Virus record (IMG/VR): IMGVR_UViG_3300017771_003653
Coordinates: 1 to 63,656 of that record
Origin: a virus
Lineage: Duplodnaviria > Caudoviricetes
Reading direction: 5' to 3' (one strand)
DNA length: 63,656 nucleotides
Part shown: piece by piece, positions 28,059 through 35,707 of the stretch
Layout of the letters: each line of letters opens with the position of its first letter
How positions within the stretch are numbered: position 1 is the stretch's first letter
Notes under the pieces: generated by a model
Told to the model about the DNA's origin: nothing
Databases searched by the model: none
Seen by the model: the letters and a program-made list of their open reading frames with translations, nothing else
Position numbers and translations under genes: made by a program

Positions 28059-31000
28059 TTATATGTTTAATTGGCTTATTTTTGCACAACTCGAAGACAT
28101 ACCCCATTGTGGGTCATGATGAACTTCGCCTACGCACAAAGTATATTTTTCAGGTTCTTTACCTTCAAGAAAAGTACCCCAAAGTCTTAGCCATCCTGTG
28201 TTATTTAAATTATCCATTATTTTAAACCGCCAAAACGTTTTACCGTTCTTCGTTTTCTTTTTAATTTTATCAACTAAGCAAAACCAAGACATTAATTTAG
28301 ATCCTGGTGGTATTGCCATTGTAGAAGTTACATTATGAACATTAATTTGCTGTATTACTTCATCAGGAAATAACAATTTTCCATTTGCTGTTTGCGTCAT
28401 GTCCATATAGTTTTCTATCTTTTCAATTCTTGTCCAATCTTCAACATCTTCATACTTTGCAACTAGTTGAGTGAGTATTTGTTCAGGCTGGATACCTTTT
28501 TTAGTTTCTCTTGCATATTGAGTTTTTGTAAGACCGTATGGACCTTTTCTAAGCTGTTCATAATTCTTTTCGTCTGTTAATATTAATTGAAGTTGATTAT
28601 GATTCTTTATTTCACCATTTTGTAATTCACCAAAAGATGAAAATGCTTCTACAGCGCACAATGATTTAAGTGCAGTCTTATTAAATTTTGACCATCTCCA
28701 AACGCCATCACTATCCCATAGAAATTCTCTTAAACTCTTAAATGGTCGTTTTTCTATTAACTCATTCATTGCAACGTCACCAACACCTTTTACAGATGAA
28801 AGCGGTGGAACAAATGCTTTAATCTCAGAAGAGTATTCCCATTCCTTACCTGAATAGTTAGCGTCTGGATCAATAAATGAGTAGCCATAAGATTTTATTT
28901 CTGCTATTGTTTTTTGTAGTCCTTTTGGGTTGTTATTTTCAGACTGTAGTACTGTTCCTAGCCATTCTTCTTCATGATATGTATGCAACCATGCTGAATA
29001 GTAAGAATCGATAGCATAAGCAATTGCATGTGACTTATTAAAACCATACACTGAGAATGCTTCGATTGTTTCCCATAATGCAACTGTTATTTTTTCATCT
29101 ATATTGTGAAGTTTTTTAGCACCTTTTACAAATTTTTGTTTTGCCAATTCTCTTTCAGACGCCTTACCATCTAATGTGTCAAGTGACTTCTTAACAAGTG
29201 TCTTTCTAAGTTTATCAGATTCACCTGGAGTAAATCCTGCTAGTTTTTGTGCAAGTAACATAAACTGTTCTTGAAATATTACAAAATTAAAAGTAGGTCC
29301 TAACACTTCTTTGATTACTGGGTGGTCGTATATTATATTTGCAGCATTCTTCTTAGCTTTTACAAATTTTTGATGAACATTAGCTTTTAATGGTCCAGGC
29401 CTGTAGATTGCTGTCAATGCACCTAATGTTTCTATGTCTGTTGGCTTTGCATTTAAGCAGAATTTTCTTGCACCTTCAGCTGTAAACTGGAATATTGCAG
29501 TAAACTTTCCTTCTTCATAAACATGTTTCCAAACCTTTGGGTCTTCTTGAGTATTTGTTCTACAATTTAAGTGCTTATCAAAGAAGTCTCTGATTTGTAA
29601 GAATGACGGTTCTTTTATTCCTTGCTTTACTAATATTCTTCTAATACAGTTTTCTACATCTTTTAAAAGTGTTAATCCTAAGAAGTCAAACTTTAGAAAT
29701 CCGTTATCTTCAAGGTGTCTAAAATTCATACCTTCTGTCCACGGAGTTTGAAGCTCACCTCTTACAGAAATCAATGGCATACAAGATTCTATATCACCTT
29801 CTGTTGCAACTATAACACCACCTGCATGTCTACCTATTGACCTGTTTTCCATAAAAAGAGTTTCTACATGCCTGCCGACATCTTCATGCTTTTCCATAAA
29901 TTCACGATACTTTTTAGAGTATTTCATACAGTCAGCATGTTTTAGAACAAATACTGATTTTTCTTCATCTTCGTTTCTTGCATGAGGCATTACTTCTTCT
30001 TGCAAGCCATTCATAAGTGTATTGACATCAGAAAACGGTATTCCATAAAATTTACAAATGTCTTTTACGAGAGATTTTAATTTAAGTGTATTGAAGTTTG
30101 ATACTGGTATAACAGCATCTTCACCAAACAATTCACGTGATGCTTCTATTAATGCATCTCTGTCTCCAGCATCTGTATCAATATCTGGCCATGAAACTCT
30201 GTGTCTTCCTAAGAATCTTGACCATAGCAAACCGTAAGGTAGGGGATCAATCTGTGTTATTCCTAAAAGAAAGTTTACTAAACTTCCAGATCCTGATCCC
30301 CTGCCAGGTCCGAAAAGAGTCTTATCGCGTGCCTTCTCAAATATTTTGTACATTGATATAAAATAAGACTCATGTCCTAAGTACTTAATGTCTGCTAATT
30401 CTTCTTTACACCTGTCGATGTATTCTTGTTTTTTGTCTAGGTCTTCTCTTACTAAGCCTTCTTTGACTAGATCAACAAGCATATTAAATGCAGGTTTTTC
30501 TGTTGATCCAAATGTTGGCAACTTCGCAGTTTTATCAATCCACGTGTCTTCACATAAATCCCAAGCAATATCGTGAGTTCTGTTTATTGAGTCACGAACA
30601 TCTTCTTCATAACCTTTGTAGAAGTCGTATTCTTGGTAGTTATCACTAAATTCATCCCACATCTGCTGTGCATTCTTAGGATATAGCAAGCATTTGAGAT
30701 CTTCTTCTTTTGGCAAAACCATTTTTGTAGGATCATTGCTAAACCAGCCTAGTTTCTTATATAGCTCGCGTGCTTCCCACTTATCAGGGCTAGGAAAATG
30801 TGAATCTGCTGTAGAGATTAGCTTTATACCTGTATCCCTAGAAAGATCTAGTAACATTCTATTTGTCATGTGCTGTGCAGATAATTTATTGAACTGTAGC
30901 TCTAAGAAGAAGTTTTCTTGTCCAACACAGTCAACAAAATAGTCAGTCATATTTTTTAATCTACCCATTACTGTATTATATTTTAATGAGTCGTTCAATA

Positions 31001-31691
31001 AGTCTGGGTGGAATTGATCGAATGTCTTGTCTTGAAATTCATTATAAATAATTCCAGATGCCAAACCACCAACACATGCAGTAGAAACTACAAGTCCTTC
31101 ACCGTGTTCTTTAAGCATTTCAAAGTCAATTCTAGGAAACCTATAAAAGCCGTGTTTGTAAGATTTTTTAACAAGAGTGAAAAGATTAGATAAGCCTGTT
31201 CTGTTTTTTGCAACAACAACTAAGTGATAATATCTCTTCCATGCCGGCTTTCCTTTTGCTGATCCTTTTGTTTCTTCTTCATCTTCTAAAACATGTCCGC
31301 CGGCTTTAATCTCAGCCTCTGCTTCTACTATGACAGGAGACTTAGAAAGCTTTTCTTTCTTCTTTGCATCTCTTTCAGCTTGCACTGCTTCACGATGATT
31401 TTCGTACTGTTCTTTCCATGTTTTTAATGAAGGGACAAAATAAAACTCTACACCATATAACTGCCTGTATTTTCTACCTGTTTTTTTCATTAACTCAGCA
31501 TGTTGATTTGCATGTGCTAGACCGGAACCTTGTCCATGATCTGTCAATGCCCAAGAATCTCCTCCTTGTGCCTCACTAGTTATGAAGTCAATATGCTCTT
31601 TTGGATAACCTAGACCATCAAACGTACTGAAAGAAGTATGCGCATGAAGTCCAGTGAATTGTGTTGGTGGTTGTATATTTTTCAAAGACAC
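28059..31691 (-). CDS. dnaE: DNA polymerase III alpha subunit (family C)
   Basis: PHP LHAHT/LTDHG/ADSH, GPGRGSGSGS, WPDIDTD, GRHAGG, KFDFLGL, YRPGP, YGFNKSHA. Confidence 0.95.
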   Translation of the reverse strand: MSLKNIQPPTQFTGLHAHTSFSTFDGLGYPKEHIDFITSEAQGGDSWALTDHGQGSGLAHANQHAELMKKTGRKYRQLYGVEFYFVPSLKTWKEQYENHREAVQAERDAKKKEKLSKSPVIVEAEAEIKAGGHVLEDEEETKGSAKGKPAWKRYYHLVVVAKNRTGLSNLFTLVKKSYKHGFYRFPRIDFEMLKEHGEGLVVSTACVGGLASGIIYNEFQDKTFDQFHPDLLNDSLKYNTVMGRLKNMTDYFVDCVGQENFFLELQFNKLSAQHMTNRMLLDLSRDTGIKLISTADSHFPSPDKWEARELYKKLGWFSNDPTKMVLPKEEDLKCLLYPKNAQQMWDEFSDNYQEYDFYKGYEEDVRDSINRTHDIAWDLCEDTWIDKTAKLPTFGSTEKPAFNMLVDLVKEGLVREDLDKKQEYIDRCKEELADIKYLGHESYFISMYKIFEKARDKTLFGPGRGSGSGSLVNFLLGITQIDPLPYGLLWSRFLGRHRVSWPDIDTDAGDRDALIEASRELFGEDAVIPVSNFNTLKLKSLVKDICKFYGIPFSDVNTLMNGLQEEVMPHARNEDEEKSVFVLKHADCMKYSKKYREFMEKHEDVGRHVETLFMENRSIGRHAGGVIVATEGDIESCMPLISVRGELQTPWTEGMNFRHLEDNGFLKFDFLGLTLLKDVENCIRRILVKQGIKEPSFLQIRDFFDKHLNCRTNTQEDPKVWKHVYEEGKFTAIFQFTAEGARKFCLNAKPTDIETLGALTAIYRPGPLKANVHQKFVKAKKNAANIIYDHPVIKEVLGPTFNFVIFQEQFMLLAQKLAGFTPGESDKLRKTLVKKSLDTLDGKASERELAKQKFVKGAKKLHNIDEKITVALWETIEAFSVYGFNKSHAIAYAIDSYYSAWLHTYHEEEWLGTVLQSENNNPKGLQKTIAEIKSYGYSFIDPDANYSGKEWEYSSEIKAFVPPLSSVKGVGDVAMNELIEKRPFKSLREFLWDSDGVWRWSKFNKTALKSLCAVEAFSSFGELQNGEIKNHNQLQLILTDEKNYEQLRKGPYGLTKTQYARETKKGIQPEQILTQLVAKYEDVEDWTRIEKIENYMDMTQTANGKLLFPDEVIQQINVHNVTSTMAIPPGSKLMSWFCLVDKIKKKTKNGKTFWRFKIMDNLNNTGWLRLWGTFLEGKEPEKYTLCVGEVHHDPQWGMSSSCAKISQLNI

Positions 31692-31716
31692 GTATTTTTA
31701 CCTTATTTATAGTTGT

Positions 31717-31755
31717 AACTTAACACTTTTTCATGAATAAGTAAAGGACTTTTTT
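31717..31755 (-). promoter_or_regulatory. Putative early promoter (class A, copy 3) for dnaE
   Basis: AAAAAAGTCC-TTTACT-N17-TAAGTT. Confidence 0.65.
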
Positions 31756-32737
31756 AATAAAAGTCCAATAAATTTACATTTTTTTGTTTTGCTTCTTCAA
31801 GATACTGAAGTGGGTTATAGCCCACATTTCCTTGTACAGCATGACAGATACTATTCCAAGCATCCCTCAGACCTTGATCTAATGTAAATTTTGGCTGCCA
31901 TCCTGTCATCGCCTTGAACTTTCTAGCAGATAGCCTATGGTGACCTAAGTAGTCTGTCTCTGGATGCCAAGTAATTAGCTTATTTAGATCTTCACCTGCA
32001 ATTACTGACATCATATCAACAATTTCTCTTGTCACAATTGGTGTTTCTGCAGCGACATTATAATCTTCACCTCTGTGATTTTCGTTTGCACAAACAATTG
32101 CAACTGCATCACAAAAGTCACTTACATGTAAATAGTCTTTTATCTTTTGAGGATCTAAGAACATATCTATATTATCTTTTTTAGCAAAATAACCATAGAA
32201 AGTTTTTGCAATTAAAGAGTTCATGTCTCCTACACCGCCAAATGCAAAAAGTGGTCTAACAATTGACCAGTCATTTGCGTAAGACTTGACAAGATTCTCA
32301 CCTAATAATTTTAAGTGACCATAGTAAGTATGAGGACCTCTTTGTGAACCTTCTACTATACTTTCTTCTTGATATTTAAACGTATCGTAAATTACAGATG
32401 TCCCTAAATAGATGATTGGTATTTTTAGTTTATTCGCAACTCTTGTTAAACTGTAAGTGCCTGTTACATTTGAGCTTGTTGCTCTTTCAGGATCAAGACC
32501 TACAACATCAGTTCCTACAACAGCAGCATTGTGAATTAAAATGTCAACTTCTAATTCTTGCAATACTTTCTTCCAAACATCTTCACTATTTGTGTAAACA
32601 TCTAGTTCGTTATTATTTGTAAAGTTTAAGTCTAAATGTCTTTCATCTGTAAATACTGTTTGTATTCCCTGCCGCTCTAGTGCAGCAGGGAGATTCTTTC
32701 CTATAAATCCATTGTGTCCAGTTATAAATGCTCTCAT
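31754..32737 (-). CDS. NAD-dependent epimerase/dehydratase (extended SDR)
   Basis: ITGHNGFIG, HNAA, GTSVIYD, YGHLK catalytic motif, DYLHVSD. Confidence 0.85.
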   Translation of the reverse strand: MRAFITGHNGFIGKNLPAALERQGIQTVFTDERHLDLNFTNNNELDVYTNSEDVWKKVLQELEVDILIHNAAVVGTDVVGLDPERATSSNVTGTYSLTRVANKLKIPIIYLGTSVIYDTFKYQEESIVEGSQRGPHTYYGHLKLLGENLVKSYANDWSIVRPLFAFGGVGDMNSLIAKTFYGYFAKKDNIDMFLDPQKIKDYLHVSDFCDAVAIVCANENHRGEDYNVAAETPIVTREIVDMMSVIAGEDLNKLITWHPETDYLGHHRLSARKFKAMTGWQPKFTLDQGLRDAWNSICHAVQGNVGYNPLQYLEEAKQKNVNLLDFY

Positions 32738-33693
32738 TTCTTACCTAAAAAGTCATATCTTTCATATGCTTGTCTTCTTAGGTCTTCAATTTCAGCATCA
32801 ACTTCTGCTATCTTTTCCATGAATGTATTTCGTCCACCTTCAGTACCATTTAGATCTTCACGTGTTGACTGATATAAGAAGTCGTTTTCATTATATTCGA
32901 ACTCATCAGAATCAGCATCTGGCCAGTATAAGTTTGTGCCTGTACCAGTCCTTGCTGTAGAAATATAGTATCTTGCAGGTGTGTGAATATCAATACAGTC
33001 AACAATCATTGGATATTGCCTGACCAATTCTAACCACATGTAATAAGCAACTAGATTGTCTTCTGTTGGCTGGATTTGCTTGTCAATGCGTGTCTTAATA
33101 AAAGCCATTACATCTCTTATGTTTCCTCTTGCCCAGTAAAATGTGCTTAAGCACTTAGGTAATATATGTCTAGCATCCATAACAGAAATCTCTTTAGTGT
33201 CAACCATATCTGCATATAATTGCTTTGTGTCGTTAACTAATTGTTTATAACGTTCTGCCATTTCAGGTGAGTTTATTATTGCATGTGGTATAACAGCATC
33301 ATCATTTCTTTGTGATCTATCACCTGTGCACTGTGCTGAAAAACTAAATGCACGGTGTCTAATTAAGTGTGTAACAAATTGTGTGTCAACACCTTCAATT
33401 GTAAAAGTACAATTAATTGTTTCGAATGCTGTTGGTAATAGTTTACCATTAAAAAGCATCCAGATCATTTTATCTTTTTCATAGTTTGATAATGATCCCT
33501 TGTTAAATGGTTGTTCTGCCCATGTAGCTGTGCAGAAGTCTGGTATATAGTTTCTTAATTCTTCTATAGACGGACAACTTACTAGTTTTGTCTTTATAGA
33601 GTCTAAGTGATCATGAAACTCTGTTTTTATCGGTTCATCAAACCCCAACCCAGTTGGAAGTTCAACTACTGATAGTTCATTATTAATTGGCAT
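32734..33693 (-). CDS. Divergent ThyX-like flavin-dependent protein
   Basis: AFETINCTFTIEG, THLIRHRAFSFSAQC, DARHILP; the RHRx7S Ser is Cys. Confidence 0.75.
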   Translation of the reverse strand: MPINNELSVVELPTGLGFDEPIKTEFHDHLDSIKTKLVSCPSIEELRNYIPDFCTATWAEQPFNKGSLSNYEKDKMIWMLFNGKLLPTAFETINCTFTIEGVDTQFVTHLIRHRAFSFSAQCTGDRSQRNDDAVIPHAIINSPEMAERYKQLVNDTKQLYADMVDTKEISVMDARHILPKCLSTFYWARGNIRDVMAFIKTRIDKQIQPTEDNLVAYYMWLELVRQYPMIVDCIDIHTPARYYISTARTGTGTNLYWPDADSDEFEYNENDFLYQSTREDLNGTEGGRNTFMEKIAEVDAEIEDLRRQAYERYDFLGKK

Positions 33694-34219
33694 TTTTTAT
33701 TCTCCTGTATTTTTGTAAGTTCTTTTCACATTCAATTACACGTTTTCCTGCGTTTGTTGCAACCTCTGTCATATATCCTTTGTTACCAAGCTCCATTTCA
33801 GCATGAGCATATTGTACACAGCTTAAGTTGTCTGCCATTTTTACAACTAATGCTTCTACAGAGTCTTGGTCTTCGAATAGCTTAAATGTATCATACCACT
33901 GCGGGTATCTTTCTTTCATAATAACATATTCTGCTTTTACAACCTCTTCAGCTAACTTTGGAAAGTTTCGCTTTACATCATGAGTCACATCAGAAAGATG
34001 TAGTTCTGGTATGTCGTGTATTAAACACATCTTCAGTGCTTTTTCTAAGTCAAATTCATAATCATCATGTAGTTTAAGTGCTAGCACAGAAACAAAATAA
34101 GAATGTTCTGCAACACTTTCACTTATGATTTTAAATTTATTATTATATCTTGTGAGTGCTTTTAAGATATAGACATCATTAACAAAATCACTCAATGAAA
34201 CCGACATATTCTTTTTCAT
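33683..34219 (-). CDS. HD-domain 5'-deoxynucleotidase (YfbR-like)
   Basis: RY...ESVAEHSY, IHDIPE...SD, ADNL. Confidence 0.85.
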   Translation of the reverse strand: MKKNMSVSLSDFVNDVYILKALTRYNNKFKIISESVAEHSYFVSVLALKLHDDYEFDLEKALKMCLIHDIPELHLSDVTHDVKRNFPKLAEEVVKAEYVIMKERYPQWYDTFKLFEDQDSVEALVVKMADNLSCVQYAHAEMELGNKGYMTEVATNAGKRVIECEKNLQKYRRIKNAN

Positions 34220-34622
34220 ATGTTAAATCTTCCATTATACCTGTTACGTGTTCTTTTAACTCTTCAACGTTTGTTGCTACAGCTCTTCCGCTGCGTGATA
34301 GCATAAGATTAAAATTTCCTGTCAATCCTTCTGCATAATAAATGATAGGTACATTAGAAGCATATGAAAAACCTGCTTCGAATATTGTTCCAAGATCTTT
34401 ATCACGTGTATTACAAACAACAAAGCGTCCTTCTGTGATTGCATCAACGTTGCCTTTGAAGATCATTTCTTGTTCTTCTGTTGTTGCATCTCTTTTTGCT
34501 ACAATTTCATCTTTAGGTGAAAAGTAGTTTACGCCTAAATCATCAAGCGCATTTTTTATGTTTTCTAAGTCCCTAGCTTGGTTCTCATTAAACCAGCCGC
34601 TAGCAATATAACAATCATGCAT
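34188..34622 (-). CDS. Nucleoside 2-deoxyribosyltransferase / dNMP N-glycosidase
   Basis: YIASGWF, FSPKD, DLGTIFEAG, NLML. Confidence 0.85.
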   Translation of the reverse strand: MHDCYIASGWFNENQARDLENIKNALDDLGVNYFSPKDEIVAKRDATTEEQEMIFKGNVDAITEGRFVVCNTRDKDLGTIFEAGFSYASNVPIIYYAEGLTGNFNLMLSRSGRAVATNVEELKEHVTGIMEDLTYEKEYVGFIE

Positions 34623-34696
34623 TTAAAACTCCTTTGTGAATTAATATAACCATTTGTAATATATATACTCTAAATTTATCAAAATATATATTTTTT

Positions 34697-34924
34697 TTAT
34701 TTTTTTAAAATTTCTAATTTATACCACTTTTTCTTTGGTGCACCTTTTAATTCATCCCATTCGTGTAATTTTTCAGATACGTTTAAATAAAAGCTTAATC
34801 TCTTCCACACGCATACAAGTGTGCATTCTCTTCCGAAAACAATACCACATATAGCCCTATAGTTATCTTCATCTGGATACTTTGGGTCATATCCGTAGTA
34901 TTTATTCCACCAAATATCAATCAT
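34697..34924 (-). CDS. Hypothetical protein
   Basis: 75 aa aromatic-rich ORF overlapping the upstream stop. Confidence 0.45.
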   Translation of the reverse strand: MIDIWWNKYYGYDPKYPDEDNYRAICGIVFGRECTLVCVWKRLSFYLNVSEKLHEWDELKGAPKKKWYKLEILKK

Positions 34925-35327
34925 TTATCTGTTTAAGCCCTGTTAGGTCGCTGCTACTTCTTATTTTATTGCCTAAGCCGTCTATCATTTCAATATTATA
35001 TTTTTCCATTATCTTAGTCTCTGGTATTTCTCCATTGCTTCTATCACCACCGTTTGCGAATACATTAGGTCTTATAATTGCTAAAGATTCACATACAGAT
35101 AAGTCTGTGTCTATGCTGAGAAATGCTGAATCAACTGGAACTAGTGCTTGTACTATTCTCAGTCTGTCATCTTCATTCATAAAAGATTTTCCCTTTTTTA
35201 ATTTACACTGATAATCATTATTTACGATTACCGTTAGATGATCGCCAAGTTCGCTAGCTAATTCTATATATTCTAAATGACCTACGTGTAGTGGATCAAA
35301 ATAACCGCTAATTGCTATAGTCTTCAT
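34917..35327 (-). CDS. Cytidylyltransferase-family nucleotidyltransferase (TagD/RibL-like)
   Basis: SGYFDPLHVGH (HxGH), FANGGDR, SSS. Confidence 0.85.
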   Translation of the reverse strand: MKTIAISGYFDPLHVGHLEYIELASELGDHLTVIVNNDYQCKLKKGKSFMNEDDRLRIVQALVPVDSAFLSIDTDLSVCESLAIIRPNVFANGGDRSNGEIPETKIMEKYNIEMIDGLGNKIRSSSDLTGLKQIND

Positions 35328-35349
35328 AATTTAACCTTATGTTATGTTG

Positions 35350-35390
35350 TAACTTAAGCCTTTTTTCTTTAAAAGTAAAGGACTTTTTTT
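35350..35390 (-). promoter_or_regulatory. Putative early promoter (class A, copy 4)
   Basis: AAAAAAAGTCC-TTTACT-N17-TAAGTT. Confidence 0.65.
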
Positions 35391-35400
35391 AATTATTTTG

Positions 35401-35471
35401 CTGGGGTATAAGGATTCGAACCTCAACTGCCTGGACCAAAACCAGGTGTCCTACCATTAGACCATACCCCA
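35401..35471 (-). tRNA. tRNA-Gln(TTG)
   Basis: Acceptor TGGGGTA/TACCCCA, anticodon arm CCTGG-TTTTGGT-CCAGG, GTTCGAATC; no encoded CCA. Confidence 0.92.
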
Positions 35472-35482
35472 AATAACATTTG

Positions 35483-35554
35483 TAGCCCGTAGGAGAATCG
35501 AACTCCTGTTGCCAGGATGAAAACCTGGAGTCCTAACCACTAGACGAACGGGCC
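35483..35554 (-). tRNA. tRNA-Glu(TTC)
   Basis: Acceptor GGCCCGT/ACGGGCT, anticodon arm CCAGG-TTTTCAT-CCTGG, GTTCGATTC; no encoded CCA. Confidence 0.93.
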
Positions 35555-35562
35555 ATTAATTT

Positions 35563-35622
35563 TGGTCCGGCTGCTTCGAGGATTTATCCTATCTTAGAGA
35601 TAAGTACCTGGAAGCTAGCCGG
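35563..35622 (-). ncRNA. Candidate 60-nt hairpin RNA ending in ACCA
   Basis: CCGGCU/AGCCGG, GCUUC/GAAGC, AGG/CCU and UUAUC/GAUAA stems followed by unpaired ACCA. Confidence 0.45.
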
Positions 35623-35625
35623 TAG

Positions 35626-35698
35626 TGGAGCTGACAGGGATCGAACCTGCGACCTCCGCAGTGCAAGTGCGGCGCTCTCCCAACTGAGCTACAGCCCC
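35626..35698 (-). tRNA. tRNA-Ala(TGC)
   Basis: GGGGCTG acceptor with G3:U70, anticodon arm CCGCA-CTTGCAC-TGCGG, GTTCGATC. Confidence 0.95.
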
Positions 35699-35707
35699 AA
35701 ATTTCAA

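Noticed and set aside
25968-34622. Z-genome (2-aminoadenine) or 7-deazaguanine pathway, suggested by the HD and MazG-like genes
   Set aside because: No PurZ, DpdA, FolE or QueC/D/E-like gene in the window; neighbours are pyrimidine-type enzymes
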